Shown here piece after piece: positions 20,104-30,515 of a stretch of 64,000 bases of DNA. Within the stretch, counting starts at the first letter, position 1; each line of letters starts with the position of its first letter. Made by a program: the position numbers and the translations under genes. The notes below the pieces were generated by a model that did not search any database, was not told the origin of the DNA, and worked only from the letters and a program-made list of their open reading frames with translations. Source of the DNA: an uncultured Chloroflexia bacterium (GTDB lineage: Bacteria > Chloroflexota > Limnocylindria > QHBO01); assembly GCA_963825525.1 (NCBI GenBank), contig CAWGTN010000002.1:1344001-1408000 (forward strand), written 5' to 3'.

Positions 20104-21814
20104 TGAGCCCGCTCATGCGCCGCGCGCTCATGACCGGCCTGTTCGGCGGCGTCGCGGGCCTCCACGTGAGCCTGGTCGGCATCGTCAACACGTTCCAGTC
20201 ACGCGACCTGATCGCCGATATCGTCACCATCGGCACCGTCCTGCCCATGCTCATCGCCATCCTCGTGGGATGGCTGGCCGGCTCCCGGCCACGACACATC
20301 ACCGAGCCGATCAGCGCGGGCAGCACACTGTTCAACGGCGCGATCGCCGGCGCGGTCGTCGGCATCATGCTGGCGGGACTGGCGGTGCTGGTTGACACGG
20401 TGAGCCTGAACTGGGTCCTGGTCAACGCACGCCCACAGCTCGCGGCGATCCTGCAATTCGATCAGGGGCCGGCGGTGGGCTCCGCCATCCTCATCGGCGG
20501 CGGCGCGATCCTCGGCGCGGTCGGCAGTGGGCTGCACATCCTGCCGCCCACCATCGCCCGATCCACCGCCATTGCCGGTGTGGTGACGATCATCGTTGCC
20601 CTGATGGAACCGTTCATCGGGGCCGTCCTGCGCAACCTCGAGCTGCGGGCCATCGAGGGCTTCGTGTACGAGGGCGGTGGCCTGACCGTCGCCGGGTTCA
20701 TCGTCGTATTCGGGCTCATCTTCGCCGGCGTCTACGGATGGGCAACCCGTGGCGACCGGGCCAAGGCGCGGGTCGCCGCCATGCCACCCGATCGCCGACG
20801 CGCCGGCAAGCTCGTCCTCTATGCCGCGCTCTTCGGGCTTCTTCTCCTCCTGCCGCTCATCGTCGGCCAGCGCCTGTCCGAGGTCGTCGGAACGGTCGGG
20901 ATCTACGTGCTGCTCGGGTTGGGCCTGAATATCGTGGTCGGCTTCGCCGGCCTCCTCGACCTTGGCTACGTGGCGTTCTACGCCGTCGGCGCCTATACGA
21001 CGGCGCTGCTCACCTCGCCCGCCAGCCCGGCCTTCAACCCGGAGCTCCCGTTCTGGGGCGCCCTGCCATTCGTGATCCTCGCCGCCGCATTCATCGGCCT
21101 CATGGTCGGCGCGCCGGTCCTGCGGCTGCGCGGCGATTACCTTGCCATCGTGACCCTGGGATTCGGCGAGATCGCGCGCGAGATCTTCAAGTCCGCCTGG
21201 GCACAGCCGGTGACCGGCGGGGCGCAGGGCATTCTCTCGGTCCCTGAACCATTGCCGTTCACACGCGACCCTCAATCGATCTACTACCCGATCCTGTTCT
21301 TCTGCATCCTGGCTGCGATCGCGGCCACCACCCTCGCGTCGTCCAGGGTGGGGCGCGCGTGGAACGCGATGCGCGAGGATGAATCGGTCGCCGAGGCCAC
21401 CGGGATCAACACGACGAAGTACAAGCTGCTGGCCTTCGGGCTCGGCGCGGCATTCGGCTGCCTGTCGGGTGCCTTCTTCGGAGCGAAGATCGGCGTGGTG
21501 TTCCCGGACAGCTTCAACATCCTGGTGAGCATCAACGCGCTGGCGCTGATCATCCTGGGTGGAATGGGCAACATCCCCGGCGTCGTGGTCGGGGCGCTCG
21601 TCCTCGTTGGACTGCCCGAGCTCCTGCGCGAGTTCGCCGAGTATCGGCTCCTGATCTACGGCGTCGTGCTCGTGGTCATGATGCTCCTGCGGCCGGAGGG
21701 CCTCCTCCCCAGCCGAACGCGGCGAGCCGAGCTCCACGATGTGTCAGATGAGGACGACGACAAGATGTATGCCGATGAGGCCGGCGAGGAGACGGGGCGT
21801 CCGGTGGTGACCGC

Positions 21815-21818
<4 letters not shown>
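20103..21818 (+). CDS. livM: Branched-chain amino acid ABC permease with extended N-terminal TM region
   Basis: GLNIVVGFAGLLDLG; LRLRGDYLAIVTLGFGEI. Confidence 0.92.
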
Positions 21819-22632
<814 letters not shown>

Positions 22633-22636
<4 letters not shown>

Positions 22637-23388
22637 CGCAGGCAGAGACCGCGGCGCCGGCCGCGAAGACGACGGGGACGCCGCTCCTGGATCTCCGAGA
22701 CATCCACGTCTACTACGGCAACATCGAGGCGCTCAAGGGCGTGTCGATGACGGTCGAGAAGGGCGAGATCGTGACCCTCATCGGCTCGAACGGGGCCGGC
22801 AAGAGCACGACGCTGCGGGCAATCAGCGGGACGCACAAGCCGCGCACCGGCTCGATCCTGCTCGACGGTCGGGAGATCCACCACATGCCCGCCCACGAGA
22901 TCGTCACGCTGGGTATCGCTCACTCTCCGGAAGGACGCAAGGTCTTCAGCCGCATGACGGTGTACGAGAACCTGCAGATGGGAGCCTTCAGCCGCAAGGG
23001 GCAGAAGATCGACGCTGACGTCGCCCGGGTCTACGACCTCTTCCCGCGCCTCAAGGAGCGCCGCACCCAGAAGGCGGGCACGATGTCGGGTGGCGAGCAG
23101 CAGATGCTGGCCATGGGTCGCGCGCTCATGGCCCATCCCACGATCCTGCTTCTCGACGAACCATCGATGGGGCTCTCCCCGATCCTGACGGAGCAGATCT
23201 TCAAGATCATCCACGAGATCAACGAGCAGGGCACGACCGTCCTCCTCGTCGAGCAGAACGCGCTGATGGCGCTCAACGCAGCGCACCGCGGCTACGTCAT
23301 CCAGACCGGCAAGATCCTGCTGGCCGATACCGCCAAGAACCTTGCGGCCAACGAGCAGGTGCGCCAGGCATACCTGGGCGAGATCTGA
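22633..23388 (+). CDS. livF: Branched-chain amino acid ABC ATPase
   Basis: GSNGAGKST, PEGRKVF, MSGGEQQM. Confidence 0.93.
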
Positions 23389-23455
23389 GCCTGGGTGTCC
23401 GAGCAGCCGACCTCCGCCACGCGGCCCGGGCGACTACCGCCCGGACCTGCGGCCG

Positions 23456-23533
23456 ATGGCAATCCTGGGCGTCCTGCTGCTGGCCGTCGTCATCGCCTGG
23501 CTCATCCTGTCGCCGCTCATCCTCCCGGGTTGA
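23456..23533 (+). CDS. Possible 25-aa single-TM protein
   Basis: MAILGVLLLAVVIAWLILSPLILPG; GC3-rich codons. Confidence 0.4.
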   Translation: MAILGVLLLAVVIAWLILSPLILPG

Positions 23534-23559
23534 GCGCGTCTGTGCGCGTCGGGCCGCGT

Positions 23560-23795
23560 GGGCTTGTCAAACGCTCGCCACACGCGCATTAGCGGCGGGA
23601 GCGGACGCCAAACGCCGTCATTCGCGCTCAGCGCGCGCCACCAAAGGTCGCCGGACCTCGCTAACGCGAACCACGCGAGCAGTTGACAGGACGCGGGGCC
23701 GCGCCCCGCCAAACGCCTGCCGTGAGAGCAGTTGGCAGGAAGCGGCCACGCGCCCCGCCAAACGCCCGCAGCTCGAGCAGTTGACGAAAGGCGCC
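23560..23795. repeat. Intergenic repeat cluster with GAGCAGTTG(A/G)C cores
   Basis: Cores at 23680, 23729, 23778 (49-nt period) with CGCCAAACGCC between them; degenerate inverted copies near 23566 and 23617. Confidence 0.7.
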
Positions 23796-23796
23796 A

Positions 23797-24226
23797 TCAG
23801 TAGCGGCGACGGACTCCGAACCCGGTCCCGGCCCCATACAGCACCAGGGCCACGCCGACCGCGGCCAGCGCCAACCCCGGCGACTGCTGCGGCAACGGCA
23901 GGTAGCCGACCGACCACAGCTCCCATCCGCGGTACATGAGTGCGGTCGCGCCGACGAGACCCAGCGCCAGGTACACGGCCGGAGCGTCAAGCAGGAATCC
24001 CCAGCGTCCGCGCATGTAACCGATGTCGAGCAACAGCAGCGCGGCGATGGCTGCTCCGAAGATCACCAGCCCGGGACCCTCGAAGCCCGATGCCCTCCTG
24101 GGCCGGGACCGGCACCCCGGATACCGAGTCACCACCGGCCCGCCACCACGGCAGGAAGCCGGAGCCGATCATGGCCAGGCTGCCGAGGAGGATCAGGAAC
24201 CGGAAGCGACGCCCGCCTCCGTCCAT
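23797..24226 (-). CDS. Small membrane protein (frameshift near 24090)
   Basis: Two ORF halves: GSGFLPWW..., then GFEGPGLVIFG... Confidence 0.6.
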
Positions 24227-24229
24227 CGG

Positions 24230-24787
24230 TCAGCCCTCCGGCGGTGCCCCGCCGTAGACCGACGGGCGCAGCACGCCGATGTAGGGCAGGTTGCGGTAGC
24301 GCTCCTCGTAGTCGAGGCCATACCCGATCACGAAGCGGTCGGGGATCGTGAAGCCGCGGTAATCGATCGGGATCTCGGCCAGTCGTCGCGCCGGCTTGTC
24401 CAGGAGGCAGATGATCGAGATCGAGGCGGGATGCCGCTCGGCAAGGTAGCGGAGCAGGTAGTTCAGCGTCAGCCCGGTGTCGATGATGTCCTCGACCACG
24501 ATGACGTCGCGCCCCTCGATCGGCTTCGACAGGTCCTTGAGGATCCGGACCTGTCCCGACGTCTCGGTGCCGGCGTAGCTGGAGACCTCCATGAGGTCGA
24601 TGCTCGACGGAAGGTCCATCGCCCGCATGAGATCCGCGAGGAAGACGAGCGAGCCCTTCAGCACGCTGATCAGGACCGGGTCTCGGCCCGCGTAGTCGGC
24701 GGTCAGCTGGGCGCCGAGCTCCGCGACGCGAGCGTCGATGGTGGCGGCGTCGATCAGGACCTCCTCGACGTCGTCGTGGAGGCTCAT
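24230..24787 (-). CDS. hpt: Hypoxanthine phosphoribosyltransferase
   Basis: VLKGS, VEDIIDTGLT, FVIGYGLD..YRNL. Confidence 0.95.
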   Translation of the reverse strand: MSLHDDVEEVLIDAATIDARVAELGAQLTADYAGRDPVLISVLKGSLVFLADLMRAMDLPSSIDLMEVSSYAGTETSGQVRILKDLSKPIEGRDVIVVEDIIDTGLTLNYLLRYLAERHPASISIICLLDKPARRLAEIPIDYRGFTIPDRFVIGYGLDYEERYRNLPYIGVLRPSVYGGAPPEG

Positions 24788-25194
24788 CGGGCGGCGCTCC
24801 CGACGGCCGGCCCGGCGCCGGTCAGCGCGTGGGCTCCGTTCGCGGCGGTGACATCGGTGAGGAAGTCCAGGCGGCCGTACTTCAGCATGAGCGCCCGGAA
24901 GTCACGAGCGTAGAAGAGCTTCACGCGGACCTCGGGATACAGCTGCCGCATCCAGCGCAGCTTGCGGTTCTTCTTGCGCACCAGGGACTGCTTCAGGGTC
25001 GTCAGCTCGATGTAGAGGTCGATGTCGGGCAGGTAGAAATCGGGCGCGAAGGACTGAATGACCTGCCCTTCGGCGTTCCAGCAGATGGGGAAGACGTCGG
25101 GTTCGTATCGCCATGCGACACCGTAGTAGTCCAGGATCCTCGCCAGCTCCGCCTCGCTGTCGTGAGCGAAACGGGGTGGCGAGTCCGAGGTCAT
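24784..25194 (-). CDS. Conserved protein with PD-(D/E)xK-like motif, coupled to hpt
   Basis: SEAELA, YEP, F.PDFYLP...YIELTT. Confidence 0.7.
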   Translation of the reverse strand: MTSDSPPRFAHDSEAELARILDYYGVAWRYEPDVFPICWNAEGQVIQSFAPDFYLPDIDLYIELTTLKQSLVRKKNRKLRWMRQLYPEVRVKLFYARDFRALMLKYGRLDFLTDVTAANGAHALTGAGPAVGSAAR

Positions 25195-25270
25195 GTGAGC
25201 CGCCACCTGACCTCGATCGTAGCCCGCTGATCGGAACCTGACGCCATTGGCCCGAGTATATCCGCGCAGG

Positions 25271-25310
25271 TTATCCACAGATCGGCCGAGCCTGCGTGAT
25301 TGGTGGATAA
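25271..25310. promoter_or_regulatory. Pair of inverted DnaA boxes
   Basis: TTATCCACA 25271-25279 (perfect); GGTGGATAA 25302-25310 (one mismatch, opposite strand). Confidence 0.6.
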
Positions 25311-25473
25311 CTTCGCTTGTGATCCACCGGACGGCGCTGCTACGGTCGCCGTCCTGCTTCTGCGGGTGACCGAGTACGGTAACCGGTGGATGGCTCGGGG
25401 CCGATGCGAGAGCCGGCCGCGACGCCGGCCATCGCCGGGAAAACCGAAAGGGCATCCGTCAGGAGCATTTCCC

Positions 25474-26211
25474 ATGTCCGAGGGAAGCGGGATTCGGCGC
25501 GAGCTCGAGCGTCTCCTGGCCGGGGAGGCGGCTGGTCTCGCCATCGATCTGCCTCCGAGCTTCGGGGACGCGGCCGAGCGCTATGCGCTGCTGTTGCTCG
25601 AGGCAAACACGCGGATGAACCTCACCCGGATCACCAGCCCCGACGAGGTTGCGCGTCTGCACCTGCTCGACGCGCTCAGCGCCCTGCCGCTGATCGACGC
25701 TGCGGCCCCCGCCGACGCCCTGGATCTCGGGTCCGGCGGCGGCGTTCCGGGCCTGGTCCTCGCGCTGGCCCGCCCGAAGATGCGCTGGACGCTCGTCGAC
25801 TCGGTGCGCAAGAAGGCCGATGCGCTCCGCGAATTCGCCACCGCGCTCGACCTGGCGAACGTGACGGTGGTGGGCGAGCGGGCCGAGGTCCTGGGAAGGG
25901 CGGCCTCTCACCGGGGTCGCTACGGTCTCGTGACCGCCCGCGCGTGCGCCCCACTGCCCGTCCTCGCCGAGTACGCCCTGCCGTTGATCACCGAGGGCGG
26001 ACTGGCAGTGGCCTGGAAGGGATCCATGACCGAGGCAGAGACCACCGCGGGCGAAGCCGCGTCGGCACGGCTTGGTGGCAGGTTGGAGCTCCATCCACCG
26101 ACGAGCCCCGCGCTGGGTCAGCGCCGATTCGCGCTCATCCACAAGGTCGGCGCCACGCCGGAGCGCTACCCGCGACGGCCGGGCGAGGCCGCCAGGCGGC
26201 CGCTCCACTGA
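25474..26211 (+). CDS. rsmG: 16S rRNA m7G527 methyltransferase
   Basis: MNLTRI, HLLD, DLGSGGGVPG, TARA, YPRRPG. Confidence 0.93.
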   Translation: MSEGSGIRRELERLLAGEAAGLAIDLPPSFGDAAERYALLLLEANTRMNLTRITSPDEVARLHLLDALSALPLIDAAAPADALDLGSGGGVPGLVLALARPKMRWTLVDSVRKKADALREFATALDLANVTVVGERAEVLGRAASHRGRYGLVTARACAPLPVLAEYALPLITEGGLAVAWKGSMTEAETTAGEAASARLGGRLELHPPTSPALGQRRFALIHKVGATPERYPRRPGEAARRPLH

Positions 26212-26245
26212 CGCCGGCCCGAGCGTCGGTATACTCCGCCTTCGC

Positions 26246-26980
26246 ATGCGCATTGCCGTCCTGTCGGACATCCACGCCAATCTGCCCGCCCTGGAGGCGG
26301 TGCGCGCCCATTTCGGTGACGTCGACCAGGTCTGGGTGCTCGGCGACATCGTCGGGTACGGCCCGCAGCCGAACGAGGTGATCTCGGCCCTGCAGGAGAT
26401 GGGGGCGCGCAGCGTGCTCGGCAACCATGATGGCGCCGCCATCGGCACCGTCGACGCCGCCTACTTCAACCCGGACGCGCGCGCGGCGATCGAGTGGACG
26501 GCAGGGGTCCTCGACGCCAACGCGCGGTCCTACCTCGCGACGCTGCCCGAGGTCCGCCGGGACGGCGAGCTCACCGCGGTCCACGGGTCGCCCCGTGATC
26601 CGATCTGGGAGTACATCACCAGCAGTGGCATCGCGGCCGCCAACTTCGACCATTTCGACACGCGACTGTGCCTCTTCGGCCACACCCACCTTCCGGTCGC
26701 CTACCGAGTCACCGACGACGGGATCGAGGCGCAGCCCGCATTGCCCGGCGACGCCGTGCGCATCGGCCCCGCGCGGGCACTGCTCAATCCCGGAAGCGTC
26801 GGCCAGCCACGCGACGGGTTGCCCGACGCCGCCTACGCCGTCCTGGAGCTGGGCGAGACGATCGACGACGCGACGATGCGGTTCCACCGCGTTCGCTATG
26901 ACATTGACCGCACGCAACGCCAGATGCGATCCGTGGGCCTGCCGGCACGCCTGGTCGAGCGTCTGAGCTTCGGTCGCTGA
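26246..26980 (+). CDS. Metallophosphoesterase family protein
   Basis: SDIHAN, GDIVGYG, GNHD, GHTH, NPGSVGQPRD. Confidence 0.92.
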   Translation: MRIAVLSDIHANLPALEAVRAHFGDVDQVWVLGDIVGYGPQPNEVISALQEMGARSVLGNHDGAAIGTVDAAYFNPDARAAIEWTAGVLDANARSYLATLPEVRRDGELTAVHGSPRDPIWEYITSSGIAAANFDHFDTRLCLFGHTHLPVAYRVTDDGIEAQPALPGDAVRIGPARALLNPGSVGQPRDGLPDAAYAVLELGETIDDATMRFHRVRYDIDRTQRQMRSVGLPARLVERLSFGR

Positions 26981-27039
26981 TCGTCCAACGCATCCTGCAC
27001 TCGCAATCGCGGTGCGGGGCGCCGTAGGATAGCCGCGCC

Positions 27040-27531
27040 ATGGCCTTCTTTCGCCGATCAGAGAAACCCACCAATCCGTTCGAGTACGCGCGGGTCCTCG
27101 TCCCGTTGCTGGGTGTGGACGAGGTGGACGGCCCGGCCCTCAAGGTGGCCGCGCTCCTCCTGGCGGGACGCGCGGACACCGAGATCTCGCTCCTCCACGT
27201 CATCGAGGTCCCGTTCGACCAGACGCTCGATCGCGAGAACGAGGACGCGGTGGCGGCCGCCGACCAGGTCCTGTCACGAGCCGAGTCGATCCTCGTCGAG
27301 CGAGGCATCGCGGTCCGGACCAGCACGGTACAGGCGCGAGCCGCCGGCGCAGCGATCGTCGACGATGCGAATGAGCTGGGAGCGGAGCTCATCATCATGG
27401 GCCTTCGCTACAAGAAGCGATTCGGAGGACAATGGGACGCGGGACGGACTGTCCCGTACGTGATGCGCAACTCGACAGCACCGGTGTGGTGCCTGCGCGC
27501 CGAGACAAAGGAGCTGGCACACACGCCATGA
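27040..27531 (+). CDS. Universal stress protein
   Basis: VLVP, LHVIEVP, LIIMG, G.TV.YV...PV. Confidence 0.85.
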   Translation: MAFFRRSEKPTNPFEYARVLVPLLGVDEVDGPALKVAALLLAGRADTEISLLHVIEVPFDQTLDRENEDAVAAADQVLSRAESILVERGIAVRTSTVQARAAGAAIVDDANELGAELIIMGLRYKKRFGGQWDAGRTVPYVMRNSTAPVWCLRAETKELAHTP

Positions 27532-28100
27532 GGGTCATCATCATCGGCTGCGGTCGCGTCGGTGCCCGGGTCGCTGCGGAGCTCGATACCCGCGGCGAGC
27601 ACGTCACCGTCATCGACATCAGCCCGCGCGCGTTCGACCGCCTGCCCTCGACGTTCGGCGGCGAGACGGTGCGCGGCAACGGGACGGACGAGGACGTCGT
27701 CCGCAGCGCCGGAGCGGAGCAGGCGGACGTCGTCATGGCCCTGACCGAGGGCGACAACCGCAACGCGCTGGCGGCCCAGCTGGCGAAGCACACGTTCGGC
27801 GTGCCGCGCGTGATCGCGAAGATCAACGACCCGCTGCGGGGCGAGGCCTACCGGGCGCTCGGCGTTGAGACGATCTGTCGCACGATCATCCTGGGCGACG
27901 CGCTGATCACCGCCGCGCAGGAGGGAGCGGAGGCGACCAACGGCTTCGTCGAGGCGGCCACCGCCGAGCCGCGCAGGATCGCGCCGACGCTTGACACCTC
28001 GGCAGTTGAAGCCATGGATGACGTCGATGCCGCCGCATCCGACGAGGACGACGAGTCGCACGACGCAACCATCGTCCAGCCCGGCGAAGGGAGCTTCTGA
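27528..28100 (+). CDS. trkA: TrkA-N (RCK) potassium uptake regulatory protein
   Basis: IIGCGRVG, GNGTD, T.GDN.N. Confidence 0.85.
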   Translation: MRVIIIGCGRVGARVAAELDTRGEHVTVIDISPRAFDRLPSTFGGETVRGNGTDEDVVRSAGAEQADVVMALTEGDNRNALAAQLAKHTFGVPRVIAKINDPLRGEAYRALGVETICRTIILGDALITAAQEGAEATNGFVEAATAEPRRIAPTLDTSAVEAMDDVDAAASDEDDESHDATIVQPGEGSF

Positions 28101-28759
28101 TGTACGTCGTTGTCGTCGGGGGCGGGAACGTGGGGTACTACCTCACCAAGGAGCTGCTGGCCGCCGGCCACGAGGTCGTGGTGATCGAGGAGGACCAGGT
28201 CAGGGCACGCCAGATCGCGGACGAGCTCGGGAGCATCGTGGTCGCCAACGATGGCTGCGAAGGCCGATACCAGGCCGAGGCGGGCATGGCGCGCGCCGAT
28301 GTGATGGCCGCCGTGACCGGCGATGACGCGGTGAACCTGGCGGCATGCCAGATCGCAAAGATGCGGTTCAACGTCCCGCGTTCGATCGCCCGCATCAACG
28401 ACCCGAAGAACGAGAAGCTGTTCCGAGACCTGTCGATCGACGAGACGGTCAGCCCGACTCGGTCGATCCTGGGCGTCATCGAGCACGAGATCCCGATCCA
28501 CGACCTGCTCCATCTCGCCGAGCTGGAGGGCGGTGGCGTCCAGATCGTGGAGGCTCAGCTGGACGCCGACTCGCCCGCCATCGGACGCGAGCTGCGCGAG
28601 CTGAACCTGCCGGAGGGCAGCACGGTTGCCGTGCTGATCCGGGATGAGCGCGCGCAGTCGCCCCGATCGGATACCAAGCTGCGAACCGGAGACAAGGTCC
28701 TGGCCGTGACGTCGCCCGAGGGCGAGGCGGAGTTGCGGCGCCTGCTCATCGGCGAGTGA
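28100..28759 (+). CDS. trkA: TrkA family protein (RCK_N + RCK_C)
   Basis: VVGGGNVG, VTGDD..N, C-terminal RCK_C region. Confidence 0.88.
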   Translation: MYVVVVGGGNVGYYLTKELLAAGHEVVVIEEDQVRARQIADELGSIVVANDGCEGRYQAEAGMARADVMAAVTGDDAVNLAACQIAKMRFNVPRSIARINDPKNEKLFRDLSIDETVSPTRSILGVIEHEIPIHDLLHLAELEGGGVQIVEAQLDADSPAIGRELRELNLPEGSTVAVLIRDERAQSPRSDTKLRTGDKVLAVTSPEGEAELRRLLIGE

Positions 28760-29499
28760 CCGGCCCGGAGCCGGGAACGGTTCTGCGACGTGCCCTGGCC
28801 GCGTGGGGCCTCGGCCACCTGGCGCTCGGCCGCCGAGCGGCGGGCATTGCGCTTCTGGCAGCCGAGGCCGTGTCACTCGGGCTGGTGTGGTGGCTGACGG
28901 TGGAGCTGGCCGGCACCAGCGCGTATCTCGTCCCGTTCCTGGCGGGCATGGCCTTCATCGCGGCCTGGGCCTGGCAGGCGGTGGCCGCCTACCAGCTGGC
29001 GCACGTCACGCGCGTCGCCCGCCCACCGACCCCGGAGCGCTCGCCGGCGGCGGCCATCGGATGGCTGAGCCTTCCACTCCTGGTGTGGGGCAGCGGATTC
29101 TGGCTCATCGGCGAGGGCGCTGGAACGCCTGCCGCCGTCCTGGACTCGTTCGTCACCGAATGGAGCCGGGGTGAGCTCGGATCGGCATGGCCCTCGGAAG
29201 TGCGTTCGGCGGCACGGATCGCCGAACGTCGGCTCGGAAGCGAGTCCGATCGCTTCCACGATGTTCGATTCTCCGTGGAGGAGGTCGGTCCCGGACGCGC
29301 ACGGGCCGTCGCACAGTCGATCCACTACGAGCGCCGGCCCTCGACCTTCCTGGGCGTGTTCCCCGGCAGCGAGCTGGTGCCGATCACCGATGAGCGTGTG
29401 CTGGCCCTCGAATTCGAGTCAGTGCCCGTCGAGCTGCCGATCTTCGGTGATGTCGGCGCGGTGCGATGGATCCTGGTAGGCGCAGACCCGCTTCGCTGA
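28756..29499 (+). CDS. Hypothetical membrane protein
   Basis: WGLGHL motif, 3-4 TM helices, overlaps trkA stop. Confidence 0.6.
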   Translation: MTGPEPGTVLRRALAAWGLGHLALGRRAAGIALLAAEAVSLGLVWWLTVELAGTSAYLVPFLAGMAFIAAWAWQAVAAYQLAHVTRVARPPTPERSPAAAIGWLSLPLLVWGSGFWLIGEGAGTPAAVLDSFVTEWSRGELGSAWPSEVRSAARIAERRLGSESDRFHDVRFSVEEVGPGRARAVAQSIHYERRPSTFLGVFPGSELVPITDERVLALEFESVPVELPIFGDVGAVRWILVGADPLR

Positions 29500-29509
29500 A
29501 GCCCAGTGC

Positions 29510-29550
29510 TTGTCAGCAACCTTGACAACACCATTGTCAGGGTTTATGTT
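29510..29550 (+). promoter_or_regulatory. Sigma-70 promoter of heat-shock cluster overlapped by inverted repeats (candidate operator)
   Basis: TTGACA(29522)-17-TATGTT(29545); half-sites TTGTCAG 29510, CTTGACAA 29521, TTGTCAGG 29534. Confidence 0.7.
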
Positions 29551-29617
29551 GCCCTCACGTTCGCACCGATCGACGGTGCACGTGTGAAAACAAAGCGTTT
29601 TCGAGAGGGACAACACG

Positions 29618-30103
29618 ATGGCAAACATCACCAGGTTCGATCCGATCGGTGAGATGGTCTCCCTGCGCTCGGCGATGGACCGTCTCTTCGAAGACTCGGT
29701 GGTCAGCCCGACGGGCTGGCGCACGATCGGTGCCGGAGACTCGATCACGCCCCCGTTGGACGTGCACGAGACACCGGATGAGATCGTGGTCACGGCTTCC
29801 CTGCCCGGCGTGACGGCGGATGACGTCGAGATCACCATGACCGGCCAGAGCCTCACCCTTCGGGGCGAGTTCAAGGCCAGCGACAAGGTCAAGCGTGATC
29901 AGTACCTGTACCGGGAGCGCCGCTTCGGCTCGTTCAGCCGCAGCATCCAGCTTCCGGTCCGCGTCGAAAGCGAGCGGGCCGACGCCACCTTCACCGATGG
30001 CGTTCTGACCCTCCGCATCCCGAAGGCGGAAGAGGTCAAGCCGCGCCAGATCCGGATCAATGCGGGCGTCACCGAGACATCCGAAAACGGATCCCGGGCG
30101 TAG
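29618..30103 (+). CDS. Hsp20/alpha-crystallin small heat-shock protein
   Basis: PPLDV.E, LPGV, ERRFGSFSR, DGVLTLRIPK. Confidence 0.95.
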   Translation: MANITRFDPIGEMVSLRSAMDRLFEDSVVSPTGWRTIGAGDSITPPLDVHETPDEIVVTASLPGVTADDVEITMTGQSLTLRGEFKASDKVKRDQYLYRERRFGSFSRSIQLPVRVESERADATFTDGVLTLRIPKAEEVKPRQIRINAGVTETSENGSRA

Positions 30104-30110
30104 TACTGGC

Positions 30111-30515
30111 GTGGATCGTCCGCGGCGCGAGGCGCCCACACCGACCGGGGCCGCGCGGCGCAACGATCAGACCCGTCCCCGATACATCATCAGCATCGCC
30201 GCCGAGCTGGCGAGCTGCCATCCGCGGACGCTGCGGATCTACGAGGAGGAGGGACTCCTCAGTCCGCAGCGCCGCAACAACCTCCGTCTCTACAGCGAGG
30301 CGGATATCAAGCGCGTTCGTATCATTCGTTTCCTGACGCGTCGACAGCGAGTCAACCTCGCCGGCGTGCGGGTCATCCTTCAGCTCGAGTCACTCGGGAA
30401 GATCCGGGTTTACGATCTGTTCGATGAGGACGATGTAGAGCGATTTGCCGAAGACCAGGACGAGCCAGGACTCGTCGAACCATCGGCTGAAGGAGCACCC
30501 AAGCGTGGCAACTGA
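30111..30515 (+). CDS. hspR: MerR-family HspR-like heat-shock regulator
   Basis: [18 protein letters not shown]...RLYSEADI...VNLAGV, inside a chaperone cluster. Confidence 0.8.
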   Translation: MDRPRREAPTPTGAARRNDQTRPRYIISIAAELASCHPRTLRIYEEEGLLSPQRRNNLRLYSEADIKRVRIIRFLTRRQRVNLAGVRVILQLESLGKIRVYDLFDEDDVERFAEDQDEPGLVEPSAEGAPKRGN

